From assembly GCF_006345805.1 (NCBI RefSeq), contig NC_043005.1:87544001-87608000 (forward strand): DNA of 64,000 nt. Reading direction: 5' to 3'. Shown in pieces: positions 1 to 13,054 of this stretch (within the stretch, counting starts at the first letter, position 1; each line of letters opens with the position of its first letter). A program made the translations under genes and the position numbers. This DNA comes from Octopus sinensis. Lineage: Eukaryota. Under the pieces are notes generated by a model. That model saw only the letters and a list, made by a program, of their open reading frames with translations, was not told the origin of the DNA and made no database searches.

Positions 1-29
1 TTTTCTTATTAGATTCTTATGTAAATCAA

Positions 30-1170
30 TGTTGACAATGTAAATGTTACTTGTTTTCCATCTGCTACAAGCATCCCTGGAGTTTTCTCGTAGTCATCAA
101 GTAATTTCGTAAGATTTTCTTGGTGTTTGTTGTCTCTTCTGGGGTTCTTCCTGCATCTCACATTCTTAACTATATTATAGAATTCCTCTTCGAATCTGAT
201 TATGTGTTGGTCGGTCGGTGGATTTTTTCCTTGTTGCCTGCAGCCTACGGTGCCTTTGTTTTCAGCTACCTAATACATTCCTGGTTGTTCTGACTGAGTC
301 AAGGATGCAAAACGTTTGTAACGGTTCTACTGGGCACTCTATTCCAATTTCATTGATATTACTCTTGATGTCTTCTGATACTGTTCCAAAGGCCCCAAAT
401 ATAATTGGCGCTCTTTTCACCCTCATTTCATTTTCCATAGTCAGGTTATTTCGTACTTAAAAGTGTTGAATCTATCTATATTTTCGCCTTCTTTCTTGAT
501 TATTCGTGGGTCGAAATGGCATGCAAGTATAGGATATAAGCTATATAGCATATGTGGTGCACCTTGTCCAACACAACTAGGTCCGGTCTGTTATGCTCTA
601 GCACCTGATCTGTTTGGTTTGAGAAATCCCAGACGATTTTGATAGTCTCCAACTCTTCCGTACTTTGCGGTTTGTGCTCATACCATGTCTTGCCTCTCTC
701 TAGCCCCCACTTTTCGCACAGTTTCCAATTATGCACTTTCGCTATTTGGTCATGTTCCCACAATTAGCAGTGTTTTGCGGCAAGTCGTAGGCATTCGTTC
801 GTGATATGGACAATGCTTCATCCACTCTGTTACAGATGCGGCACAGCGGGGACACTTGCTCACTCTTAAGGTTTGCTCTCCAATTTATAGCCAGTATTGC
901 GCTGCCAGTATAATGCTCTCGGTCTCGTTTTTAGTGTTCTTTTCTTCAGCCAATCCCACCTACTTTTTCCAGCAACTTCTGTTGTGACTGCATGGAATTG
1001 ATTGTGTGTCCCTTCCTGCCTAAGTCTTCTTCATATCCTTTTTGAACTTCTTCCCTTGTTTTTCATTTTTTCTCTGATTCCAATACTCCTTTGCTCCTAA
1101 CTTTCACTAGCAAGGTTTCTTTACTTTCGGCTAGGTATCTCATTAAGCTCTCGAGTTCGATACACACACA
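30..1170 (-). mobile_element. 5'-truncated R4/Dong-like non-LTR retrotransposon (family 1): CCHC knuckle plus restriction-like endonuclease C-terminus and 3' UTR, degraded
   Basis: Minus strand reads ...PLCRICNRVDE...HDQIAKVHNWKLCEKWG...WYEHKPQ...IVWDF...QTD...HNRPDLVVLDK...PIIFGAFGTV. This is the typical RLE-LINE C-terminus, with frameshifts and stops. Homologous to 24915-25826. Confidence 0.85.
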
Positions 1171-1174
1171 GCCT

Positions 1175-1500
1175 GCTCGTAAAATTAGCATGCAAGTGGC
1201 TAAGCACTCCATAGACACGTGTAACCTTAACGTAATTTCTCGGGGAGATTCAGCTTGACACAGGGTCTGACAAGGCTGGCTTTTGAAATAGATGTACAAC
1301 AGAAATTGAAAGAAATGGTGAGAGAACGTTGTAGTTAAAGAGTATAGCAGGGTCCGCCACCACTCCCTGCCGGAACCTCGTGGGTTTTTTGGTATTTTCG
1401 CTTAATAAATACTCACAAAGCCCAGTCGGGGAATCGAAACCGCGATCCGACAACTTCGAGTCCGCTGCCCTAACCACTGGGCAATTGCACCTCCACTGTC
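1175..1500 (-). mobile_element. tRNA-derived SINE, chimeric (family C head, family B body)
   Basis: RC begins GTGGAGGTGCAATTGCCCAGTGGTTAGGGCAGCGGACTCG...GGTTTCGATTCCC (A/B-box-like), matching 49425 and 46215. The 3' half matches 3110-3240. Confidence 0.75.
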
Positions 1501-1883
1501 CATTATATAAGCGTTACATGTATTAAGTGATTTTATTAGCAAAGAGTCAAATGTATGAGAAGTATTGGCATACAGAAGACCCAAGGTGGCAGGTAACGCT
1601 CTGTAAGTGCTATGGAAGGACCGTAGTTATACTCTCGGTTCGATAATGATACGAGTGAGGAGTCTAATGCGGGTCTTGTATGAGCATGTATATAAATATA
1701 TATGTATATCGTTAACCTAATATGATGTAAGAGCGAATTGATAATACAGAGAAAATCAAACTAATACTTCTTAGATCAAACATATGAAATATCTATTTAA
1801 TGTAATAAGTTTATTTGATTAACTTATTTGAACGTGTATTCATTTGTTGCCAGTTTACGCTCAACATACACATACACTATATA

Positions 1884-2427
1884 TTGGATTGTCCGGAAAG
1901 TTCATCAAAGTTCGTGCTGATTTATAGTAGCTTGCCTTTGGACTTGTTTTAGAACATGGTTGCGCCCATAAAATAGGATCTGACTACACCTCCATTTAGA
2001 GAGCAGTTTAATCTATCTTTTCGTGGAAGAAGGTTTATGTTCCTATAACCCGTGTTAATTCTGTTATCCTTTAAAACGGAAGATAAGAAAGTTCATTTTT
2101 GGCACTTGATGCTTTGAGAGCCAGACAAAAATTGCTGCCGCTCAGCAGGGATGTGTTACCCTACCCTTCGTATTCATCAGATATTGCTCCTTCGGATTTC
2201 CACTTATTCAGGTCTCTGCAGGATAGTCTTAATGGTAAAAATTTGATGAATTCTTTGCCATGAAACCACCTTAATTCTGGGAAGAGGGTATTTTCAAGTT
2301 AAAGGAAAGATTGATACGCATTGTACAACAAAATGGTTCATATTTGGTTGATTAAAAATGTAATGGCAAGTACTTATTAACCTTTTTTTGCCTTTAAAGA
2401 TCGGCACGAACTTTCCGGACAACGTAA
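1884..2427 (+). mobile_element. Internally deleted mariner transposon with TIRs and TA target duplication
   Basis: Left TA|TTGGATTGTCCGGAAAGTTC..GTGCTGAT and right ATCGGCACGAACTTTCCGGACAACGTAA|TA are inverted repeats. The interior encodes PYPSYSSDIAPSDFHLFRSLQ...FWEEGIFKL...IVQQNGSY, a mariner transposase C-terminus. Confidence 0.85.
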
Positions 2428-2771
2428 TATTTGTGTTTGTGCGAGTGCGAGTGTGTGTGCGCGCGCACGGTTTGTTAGACCTTCAATGGAAACAGTCGGT
2501 TCAACTACATTGTAATAAAGTGTGGCTTTTTGCACTTTGAACAAACGTTTCTCTATTCATCACCGATGAGTGTAACATATTTGGTTAAATAAATCTAGGC
2601 TCCGCGATTGTTAAAGTCAAGATACTATTTTATGAGAAACTATTTTAAAATTGAATTTTAAAATGTTGGTTAATGTTTCCCCATTTTCATAAAGGTTAAA
2701 GAACAAAAAACTATGGCATTACGTCAATTTGAATAAAGAGAGCTATGTTACTGGTAGTAACATATTAGTAA

Positions 2772-2940
2772 CACAGGAGCGGCTGTGTCTTAAGCAGCAC
2801 GCTTCCCAACCACATGATTCTGGGTTCAGTCCCACGTGTCATGCAAGTGTCTTCTACTATAGCCTTGGGCTGACCAAAGCGTTGGGAGCGGATTTGAATC
2901 ACGGAAACCAAAAGAATCCCGTTATATAAAAGATGCATAT
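2772..2940 (+). mobile_element. SINE family A, 5' half
   Basis: Matches 52651-52815 (GGAG.GGCTGTGT...GGTTCAGTCCCAC...CAAGTGTCTTCTACTATAGCC). Confidence 0.75.
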
Positions 2941-2974
2941 ATACATGGACGTGCGCACGTGAGTGTGTGTAGTG

Positions 2975-3298
2975 AAGGCGCATGGCTTAGTGGTAAGGGC
3001 ATTCGGCTCACGATTGTAAGGTCGTGAATTCAATTCCCGGCCACGGGTTATGTCCTTGAGCAAGACACTTTATTTCACGTTGCTCCACTCCACTCGGCTG
3101 GCAAAAATGAATTGTAGCTGTATTTCAAAGGGCCGGCCTTGTCACACTTTGTGTCACGCTGAATCTCCCTGAGAACTACGTTAGGGGTACGCGTGTCTGT
3201 GGATTCCTCAGTCACTTGCACGTTAATTTCACGAGCAAGGTGTTCCGTTGATCGTATCAGCTGGGACCCTGGTCGTTGTAACTGACGGAGTGCTCCTT

Positions 3299-3364
<66 letters not shown>

Positions 3365-3450
3365 TGTGTATGACGTTGGTGTGTTCAGGACCCCGTACGC
3401 ACTAAGTTCGATTACTTTGAGTAAAAGTTCTTTGTGGCGGTGCTCCAGTA
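2975..3450 (+). mobile_element. tRNA-derived SINE family B, interrupted by (TG)n
   Basis: Head GAAGGCGCATGGCTTAGTGGTAAGGGCATTCGGCTCACGATTGTAAGGTCGTGAATTCAATTCCC, central TGTCCTTGAGCAAGACACTTTATTTCACGTTGCTCCA, tail GGCGGTGCTCCAG..GAAAATAG at about 3435. Confidence 0.75.
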
Positions 3451-3779
3451 TTGCCAAAGTGAAATGATTGAAAATAGTAGAAGCTTATGATTCAGGCATC
3501 TACAAGAAGCAACCATTACTTTCTGGCCTGTTTGAAATCGAACCAGAAGGTACACTTATACCCTGGTACACCCAAGTATTGAAACCAAAATATAACGATC
3601 GCCCTCCTTTTAGTCGGATGATAATTGCTAGAGCTGAAAGACCAGCGAAGCCTTTAGTTTTATTTTAGCTTAGGTATTATCTAAAATATCCTATGCCATC
3701 ACTTTCATAACAATAGATTAAAAATGTATGACGACGGCAATACACAGTTCGGAGATAGACATTCCGTTGCGTAATATAT

Positions 3780-4551
3780 TGTATATTGTATATTCGCAAA
3801 CGCACGCACACATTCACACACACGCTCGAACACACACATACATTTATGTATATATGTATGTGTGTCTGTGTGTGTGTGTACACCTCGAGGTAACATAACA
3901 TATACATATATACAATCAGTACATTCACGATATCGGTAATGTGTATACATATAGATAGATAGACAGGTAGATAGATTGATAGATAAGTAGGTAGGTAGGT
4001 AGGTAGATAGGTAGATAGGTAGGTAGGTAGATAGATAGATAGATAGGGAGATAGATAGGCAGACAGATAGATACATAGATAGATATGTAGGTAGATAGGT
4101 ATGTAGATAGATAGACAGGCATATATGTATATATACATACAGAGACAGACAGACAGACATAAATAGCCATACTTACATACAAACACAAACACATATCTAT
4201 GCGTATATATATATGTGTATATATATATAAATATATATATATATACATATATATGTATATATATTTATATATATACATATATATACATATATATACATAT
4301 ATATACACATATATATATATATTGATATATATATACATATATATATACATATATATATACAGACTGACAGACATATGTTCACACGTATATAAATACACAC
4401 ACTCACTATGTGTGGGTGTGCGAGCATCTGTGTGTATATATATAAAAATGGTTGCCTTTTACGGTCGTATGTCTAAATAGATGTCTCCTTAATAAATAGA
4501 CATGTATGTGTCTGTATGTAGGTAACTAAGCAAACTTATATACACGCTTTC

Positions 4552-4599
<48 letters not shown>

Positions 4600-4645
4600 A
4601 TAATATTATATATATAATATAATATATATATATATGTATGTATGT

Positions 4646-4681
<36 letters not shown>

Positions 4682-4870
4682 ATATATATAATATACATAT
4701 ATATATATATATATATAATTTATATATTTATGTATATGATATAGTCAGTGTCTATTTGTGTCTGTGAGTGTACATATTTGTACATCCTTGCGTGCGATGC
4801 GTGTGCCTTCGTCTGCGTGTGCGTACGTGTGCGTGCGCGTGTTTGTGTGTTTGTGTGTGTGTGTAACATA
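3780..4870. repeat. Compound microsatellite block (TG)n/(TAGA)n/(TA)n
   Basis: Visible directly; source of the I/Y/H/T-rich ORFs. Confidence 0.95.
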
Positions 4871-4977
4871 AAGTAGGAGCAGCTATTTCAGAAGAATTAG
4901 CTGCGAGTCACAAATGTTCCACTGCAATTAATTTGAATTATTGTAGAATACAATGGAGAGATCTTTTATCAACTTTT

Positions 4978-5410
4978 GTCTGCTGCTGCTGCTACTGCTG
5001 CTGCTGCTTGTGGGAAGAGGGTGGGTTATGGAGGTATTCCGAGATAGGAGAATTCCGCTTATGATGGCAATATGTAATGTAAAGTCTACAATACAGACAT
5101 AACGCCAGTTCAACCCTTTAGTTTTAGTTGCTGCTGCTGCCGCTGATGATGATGATGATGAGGAGGAGGAGGGGGATGATGATGATGATGATGGTGGTGG
5201 TGATGGTGGTGGTGGTGGTTGTGGTGGTGGTGGTGGTGGTGGTGGTGGTGGTGGTGTCGGTGGTGTCGATGATAATGATGGTGAGGCTGATGAAAATGAC
5301 AGATGACAACAGCAACGCCGACGCCATTGATCACCATCATCGTCAAGAAAATCATGATTTTGATCATCATCATCATCATCATCATCATCTTCGTCATCAT
5401 CATCAACATT

Positions 5411-5442
<32 letters not shown>

Positions 5443-5445
5443 ATT
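4978..5445. repeat. Mosaic trinucleotide repeats (GCT)n/(GAT)n/(GGT)n/(CAT)n
   Basis: Visible directly. Confidence 0.9.
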
Positions 5446-5624
5446 TACTCATAATTGTTCTGTTAATTGTGTCCAATATAACTTTCACAATGAAAAATAA
5501 TGGTTAATTAAACAACGGAAGGAAGACTACTAACGGAGGAGATTAAGTAAAGACAAACTAAAGTGGTGCTGTTTATCTAAGAATTGCAGAAGATAATTCC
5601 CGTTTTGTATCTTTTAGAACCACC

Positions 5625-5950
5625 ACCCAACAGGTACTCCGTCGGTTACGACAACGAGGGTCCCAATTAATCGAACCGACGAAACAGCTTACTCGTCGGA
5701 TCAACGAGCAAGTGGTTGATCACTCCACAAACACTCGTACCCTTAACGTAGTTCTCAGGGAGATTCAGTATGACAAAGAATGTGACAAGGCCCTTTTAAA
5801 TTACAGGTACCCCTCATTTTTGCCGGCTGATTGACCTGGAGTAACTGGAGATAAAGTGTCTTGCCCAAGGATATAACGCGCTACCGGTAACTGAACCCGA
5901 AACCTTATGATCGTGAACAGAATACCCTAACATCGATGCCTCTTGCCTTC
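5625..5950 (-). mobile_element. SINE family B copy
   Basis: Reverse complement of 2975-3300 (CCTTAACGTAGTTCTCAGGGAGATTCAG...AAAGTGTCTTGCCCAAGG). Confidence 0.7.
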
Positions 5951-7541
5951 AACAAACAGATGCAAAACTATCGATCGAGCCATCTACGAAAACGGTAACA
6001 CCTGAACAGCTCCTATATTCGGTCTCTATCATAACCCCAATAGAGCCATTGGCATGTATTAGCATATATTTGTCAGATATGTAGAATTATAATCAAAGAG
6101 AGCATTAGGCAATAGTTTCTGTGATTGAACTGTCTGATCGATTCCAGCTGTGTTTTCAATAATCATGCTTGTTTATGTGTGAACTGCAACCTGTGAACTG
6201 TAACCGAGAAGTTAAATGTGACTACAGCCGTAGTAAAATTTAAACATAAAATGCACTTCAAGTCGAGAAGCAGCGGCATGCATAAAGCTAACTGTTTGCT
6301 GACTAGTTCAAGTTGAATATAAACTATGGAGTTCAAACTGAGCAATAACAGTAGTATTTATGTATTAATTGCAACGCTTGACATAACTACAACGGTTATG
6401 AATTGGTTAACATTTTTACATCTAATAAATAATACAAAAATGCAACAGTGTTAAGTTACATATTGTCGGTGGTTGTGGAATATTTCGCAACATAGGAATA
6501 TTTGCCACAAGATACATTTGTTATATGCTCAACGATAAAGCAAATCATATCAGTATTATATATTTAATAAAAGAAAATGATGAAAAGTATTATAAAAGAA
6601 TTAAACTGTCACGCTTTAATCAACATCAAACATTAAAAAATAAACCTGATGAGGTTATTTAAAACGTATGGCAATTTCAAGCCTTGTTCTACAAATAATC
6701 TACATCTTGCTACGGATTGTATGGAAGCATTTGTATCTGGAGTCTTTTAATGTTTGACATGAATAAAGACTTACCTCTTTAATGCTTTTATAAAACCATT
6801 TATCATTCTATTTTTTTTTTAAATGCTATCGTAATACACTTTAACCAAGAGGTGAATGTTCTTACAATGAATTGGTCTAAATCAGATTTTTCCACGACAA
6901 AAATATTTAAGGCTAATTGCTCGGACGCGACTGTAGGTATATGTCCACGATACAAATAGTGAATTCAATTATGGTCAGGAATTATAATCCTAATGAATAA
7001 TTTGTTCAAGTTTGCGTGTGGTCAACACGAATTCGAATGGATATAATAGGACCATGCGTTGCTGAGAGGGTTATGGCGTAGCGGTCAGAACATACTGCGT
7101 TCCTTATGCATTTTTAGACACATGTGAGGCGCGACCTCATCACACACGAACAGAAATATTTACGAAATGAGAAGAGACGAGGGGCAAGGCTGCAATTTTG
7201 ATTATCGATCTTGAAAGGATCAAAGGCAAATTTACCCTTGCTGAGATTTGAATTCAGAGTATTGTTACAATTACAGAAATCATCTGGCCCTCATTCTAAA
7301 AGCTTAGATAATTGACCAGCCATATATATAACTTCCATAGTAGCTTACTCTCCGTAACTTACAAAACCTTTCTGCTTTGTTTACAACTAATATATATATA
7401 TATATATGTATATATAGTAAGGGATTACCCCAAAACTATTACCCGTGCTGGTCTCTGTAATGTGATTTATAAATTAAAGAATTAAATGTAATATTATGCA
7501 ACTTCGTAGTAATCCATATTGTTAATATTGTATATATATAT

Positions 7542-7670
7542 ATACAAAATTTAGAGGATTGACCACTAAAAAAATGGACAGCTTATATGCTAGATATAGA
7601 CGTCAAAATCGTCTATATCCAGCATATAGGGTGTCCATTTTTTTAGTGGTCAGTCCTCTAAATTTTGTAT
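7542..7670. repeat. Near-perfect hairpin, 61-bp arms, 7-nt loop
   Basis: 7542-7602 is the reverse complement of 7610-7670 with about 4 mismatches; loop TCAAAAT. Confidence 0.95.
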
Positions 7671-7771
7671 GTAAAAAAATTTTGAATCTTCGGATATTTT
7701 TTTTAAATATGCTAGGCCACTGGTTTTTATTGATTAATATCAATTTCTACCCTTATTTAATTTTATATGTA

Positions 7772-7885
<114 letters not shown>

Positions 7886-8384
7886 CCATGCACCAGGGTG
7901 TAGGAGGTCAGTAAGCTTCGAGCAGTTAGTGAGCTTCCGAGGTTCTGCTCGCTATGAGTCCTATGCACCCTGTTCCATGTATGTCTTCTCGTGCATAGAC
8001 TTGCATGAAATAAACGTACTCATATATACTTAAATGATAAACTTCTGGAAAGTTTTACAGGCTTTTACAGTTCCAGTGATGACTTGAATGAACTTTCTCC
8101 TTTCTGGTTTTGGGAAGCCTAATCTCTCAGGATTGATATTTAGGCAGTGTGTTACACATCCCACTGCTCCCCCAAAATACAATGTCATGGTTTTATGTTT
8201 ACGTTTTATTGAGGTTTTCACTACAACCTTCCTCCAGTACTGTATTGTACTAGCCACAAACATCATCTCTTATCGGTAGATAATACATCTTAATAATAGA
8301 ATTACAGATAATAATAGAATGACCTTTTCGAAGAACTGCTTATGATGGGCGTGAAACTTAACTCCACAAAGTCTGCATCGGTTA

Positions 8385-8613
8385 CTCTTTACTCTTTTAC
8401 TTGTTTCAGTCATTTGACTCTGGCCATGCTGTAGCACCGCCTTTAGTCGAAAAAATCGACCCAGGACTTACTCTTTATAAGCCTAGTACTTATTCTATCG
8501 GTCTCTTTTTCCAAAACGGTAAGTTACAGGGACGTAAACACACCTCCATCGGTTGTCAAGAGATGTTGGCGGGGACAAACACAGACACACAAACATACAC
8601 ACACACACACATG

Positions 8614-8688
<75 letters not shown>

Positions 8689-8860
8689 GTATATACATAT
8701 AAACGACGGGCTTCTTTCAGTTTCGTCTACCAAATCCACTCACGAGGATTTGGTAGGCCCAAGGCTCTAGTAGAAGTCACTTGCCCAAGGTTCCACGCAG
8801 TGGGACTGAACCCGGAATCATGTGTTTCGTAAGCAAGTTACCTACCACACAGCCACTCCT
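8385..8860 (-). mobile_element. SINE family A, full length, with internal (TA)n
   Basis: Reverse complement of 52651-53064. Confidence 0.85.
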
Positions 8861-11089
8861 ACGCCGGATAACCCGGATAAGCAGCATTCTGCTGCTTATC
8901 CTGCCTCCCTGTTCCGTTTGTGCATTGTGTGTATGTATGTATACATGTATTAAGAGTTATAGTTATTTTCTAGAAAATTAAATTGGATAAGCAATAATAA
9001 TTCTCTAAAAGAGATATAGACAGTAACTGCTCGATAACATAAGGGACTAAAGCCATCTGAATATGGCTAGGGACAGGGCAGGGTGGTGGGGGTGTTACTG
9101 TTGCATTTAGCCCCAGGCGAACATCGACGTCACCAGATAGGCCCGACACCGTCACGGTGTCCTTTAACCTGCAAAGGGAGGTAATTCCCCGATGAAGCGG
9201 AAACCACACACGGACCATGGTTTCAAGGTGTATTGCCTATCGTCGACGTGTGGTAGGCCTCCGCTTCCTCGACGAACACTCACTCTGCAGGATATTCATA
9301 TATAGATTTTCAAGCAAAATACATTTGCTGATTTCGAAAAACTGTTCGAAAGCAATAATAATTCTCTAAAAGAGATATAGACAGTAAAAATCGCAGTATA
9401 TGATCTCTGAGTGTCATGCGCGATGAGCCAATAATATTACTTTCATGTTTGGGTCTATTAACCTTGGATTATGTTGGACAGAACCATGAAGTGATGAGAA
9501 CTAAGATACCATAAATAAATATATTAAAACTCGTAATGATTTTCGATCCTGATCAGAAAAATAAAATGGTAGCTTGAGGAAAATGTTCGTGCACCATGTT
9601 ACAATAATGAACTGAATTAATACACAACTAAAATATATTTAAAAAAAACATTATTTTAATGCAGTGCACGGACATTTTCCTCAACCTAATATTACAGAGT
9701 ATGTTGAAAGAAGGGAACGTGAGTAGGAAAAGCATGATAAGATCAAGGCAAAAGCTAGGTAGATGGATAATATACAGAATTGTATCGACATTATTCAGAG
9801 AAACTGTGTGAGTTTACATAAGAATGGCCGACAAGACGTCGTATGGTATTCAAACTGCTGATGTCAGACGACACTGGATGACGTTGATCGTTATAACAAC
9901 GACGACGACGGCCGTGACCACCACGAGAAGGAAGATGACGATATTGGTCGTGATGAAGAGGAATAATATGAACAAGAAAATAGATTTCATTTGTGCTTTT
10001 CTTTAAATCATGCAGTTTATTTTAAAATTTCTTTAGTTTAAATAGGGAAATCTGATGAAATTCACAGCAATACCGGTAAGTTAAGATTATTTATATATAA
10101 TGTTTAGCGTCTTCAATCAACCATTGATACCTTTGATATATTCTATTTGATGTATTCGAAATATACTTTTCCATAGTATGTAGTGTTCGCGTTAATCGAA
10201 ATGTTTTTATTGAAATATCCAATAATTATTAGAACTGGAACGAAATAACGAATATTGAGATTCCGGATCCGCCTACGCGGGATTATTTGCATATACGTAA
10301 TGCAGTTTTTCTTGTAGATATTCTTAAACATTTATTCAGTCTCAAAGGGTAAAAGAACACGAGTTTTATTTTATGTCAATATATAAAGAAAATATGAGAG
10401 AATCCAACAGCCTCAGCTAATCTTGTTAAAATAAATATGAAATATAAGAATGTAGAAATATGCGTTAGTAACCTTTGTTAGGAATATGAATTTAAGGAAA
10501 GAGTTGTTCGAAGGATGTTTTCTTTTTTTTTTATTGTTTGATCTTGTAGTTAAAATTGACAAAAAAATTTCTTAATCACGAATCAGCAGAAATACACCAG
10601 AGATGCATTTTAAATGCAACTAATGTATGACATAAGTCGGTGAGCTGGCAGAATCATTAGCACGTTGTTCAAAATATTTAGAGGCAATTTTCCTGGTTCT
10701 TTATGTTCTGGGTTCAAATCCGACCGTGGTTAATTTTTTAAAATCTTTTCAGGGTTGATAAGATAAAGTAACAGCCTAGTAATGGGACAATATAAATAGA
10801 CTTTCACCGTCCACTCAAAATCGCTGGTCTTGAACACTGCAATGGATCGACATCCGACTCATACGTCACAGAAACCAGGTAACTGTCCTTATGAAATTTA
10901 GGCCACACCCACCAATTCTATAGACATGACGTACAATACACCGCAAATGCTTGATATGGGATTATTCTAAAGAACAATCATAACAATATATGCGGCTTCT
11001 ATTGAAACTTTGTTCTTTCTTTCCCTACAACCATTCACCCCGCTCCTTTAACACTTCCTATGCTGGCATCCAGCCTTTATCATAAAAAT

Positions 11090-11465
11090 CAAGGAGGACA
11101 TGATTGCGTGGTTCTGACTACATTATTCCAGTTCCAGTCCGATTGCGTAGCACTTTGGACAGGAGTCTTATGCTATAGCCCTGGGCCAACGAATACTTTG
11201 TGAGTGGATTTGATAGAGAAAACTGAAATAAACCTGCTGTTTATATTATATAAATGAATGATTTTGTACGCGCGTGCGTATGTTTGCTTTTTGTCACCCA
11301 CCGCCGCTTCACAACCGTACCTTAGCCGCTCGACAAAATAGGCTGATGCCCTAAGTACTAGGCTTAAAGTACGTCCTGGGGTCGATTCATTTGAATAAAA
11401 TTCTTTAACAGTGTGCCCCAGCATGGCCGCGATTTAATGACTGAAACATAGAAAATATAAAAGGT
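11090..11465 (+). mobile_element. SINE family A, diverged
   Basis: GTTCCAGTCCGATTGCGTAGCACTTTGGACA...GTGAGTGGATTTG...GTGCCCCAGCATGGCCGC...TGACTGAAAC. Confidence 0.7.
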
Positions 11466-12554
11466 AAAAAATAAAATTCGACCAAGACTTTATAAACACA
11501 GCAAACCCACTCCGTAATATGAGCAGATATGTGTAGTGTTGTGAGGATGTGAGGCGCAGTAGGAGATACGATTTAGGTGGCGTGGTCTAAGATTTCTAAC
11601 AAGGGACAGGAACAAACGGAGGCATCTTTGTCATAGAATGAGCGACTGAGGACGGAAGGAACTAAAGATTGTAATGAGAATACTATGAGTAATATTATGG
11701 GTAGGAAGTAATTATTTTGATTTTCTATCAGACATCCAACACATTATGTATATGTTCCTGGGAAGGAACTAATAGAGGCTATTATAGGTAATATTATGGG
11801 TAGTAAAAGTAAGTACCTTGTTGTTCTATCATGTATCCAACTCATTATGCCAAAGTTTCTTGGAACTAGAATATCCGTCATTCGAATCAATCGAATACAT
11901 TTGATAGATTGGAATTTTTCCATTACTGTTAAATTGTGGTTTTAGACGTTTCATTAGGATTGTATCTTTAATACGCATTTCCGATAAGACGACCGAATGC
12001 CTGAATAGAATATATTATCGCTGTAGTCTTGTTGAAGTCGATTTTACGTTCTTTATAGAAACATCTTTAACATTCGTATGTTCTTTAATACGAATCGGTT
12101 ACGGTTGGATAACGTTGCCAATTTTACCGACACCAAATTGTATAAACGGCACAATCATGAAATAATGACTATGTGGTGTCCTCCTACACTCACTGTATGT
12201 CAAGTCCGAATAATTTTTGATATCCATCCATCGACTTCTTGCTTTTCTCTTTCACTTTTTACCTTTCTTTATGTTACAGTGTTTCAACGACACAAAAATG
12301 GAATAATAGCTCAAGAGAAGGAAAACGGAACGAAATGAGCATTTCTTTTTCAAATATTAATTTCACAGTCATCCTAAGATTTTTCCAGTCAGTAAAGACA
12401 GAGCAGAGTGAAGGTACAACTCCTTAGGTGTTTGGCATCGAAACAAACGCTTGTTCAAATCTACGACGGAACTTCTATTCGATAGTCCAACCTAATTTAA
12501 TTAACATCTAAACATCTTCCAAATTATAGTTTACCAAATCGGCAAAGGAAAGGC

Positions 12555-12738
12555 TGAGTAGGAAGAAGCTTGCTTGACAATCACTTGGTTCCTGGTTCAG
12601 TCCCACTGCGTAGCACCTTAGCCAAGTGTCTTATAGCTTTAAGCCGACCAAAGACTTGTGAGTTGATTTGGTAGACGGAAATTGAAAGACTGTAGTACAT
12701 TTATACACACACACTCGCAAAACACACAAACAAAAATA

Positions 12739-12796
<58 letters not shown>

Positions 12797-13030
12797 GTAT
12801 GTATGTATGTATGTATGAATGAATGTATATAAGTATATATGTATGTAAGTATGTATGTGTGTGTATGAGTGTGTCTTCACCACAGCTTGACAATCGGTGT
12901 TGGTGTATTTATGTCGTCGTAACCAAGCAGTTCAACAAAGAGAGACTGAGATAATAAGTACCAGGCTTTAAAAAAATGTACTGCGGGCAATTCATTCGAC
13001 TGGACGGACGAAGTCGAATGACAGAAACGA
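12555..13030 (+). mobile_element. SINE family A with expanded internal microsatellite
   Basis: GGTTCAGTCCCACTGCGTAGCACC...GGTAGACGGAAA, then (TA)n/(TATG)n, then CAGCTTGACAATCGGTGTTGGTG. Confidence 0.75.
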
Positions 13031-13054
13031 GTAAATAGTACACAATTAAAGAAT

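Noticed and set aside
4928-5488. 186-aa poly-Asp/Pro/Ser ORF and overlapping poly-His/Met ORFs
   Set aside because: Trinucleotide repeats leave several frames open; there is no domain and no splice support.
6640-6675. CTGATGAGGTTATTTAAAACGTA
   Set aside because: No paired stem II or stem I, and no GAAA.
9225-9300. HDV-like ribozyme (TTCCTCG loop)
   Set aside because: P3 and P1 are mismatched and the P1.1 GG is absent.
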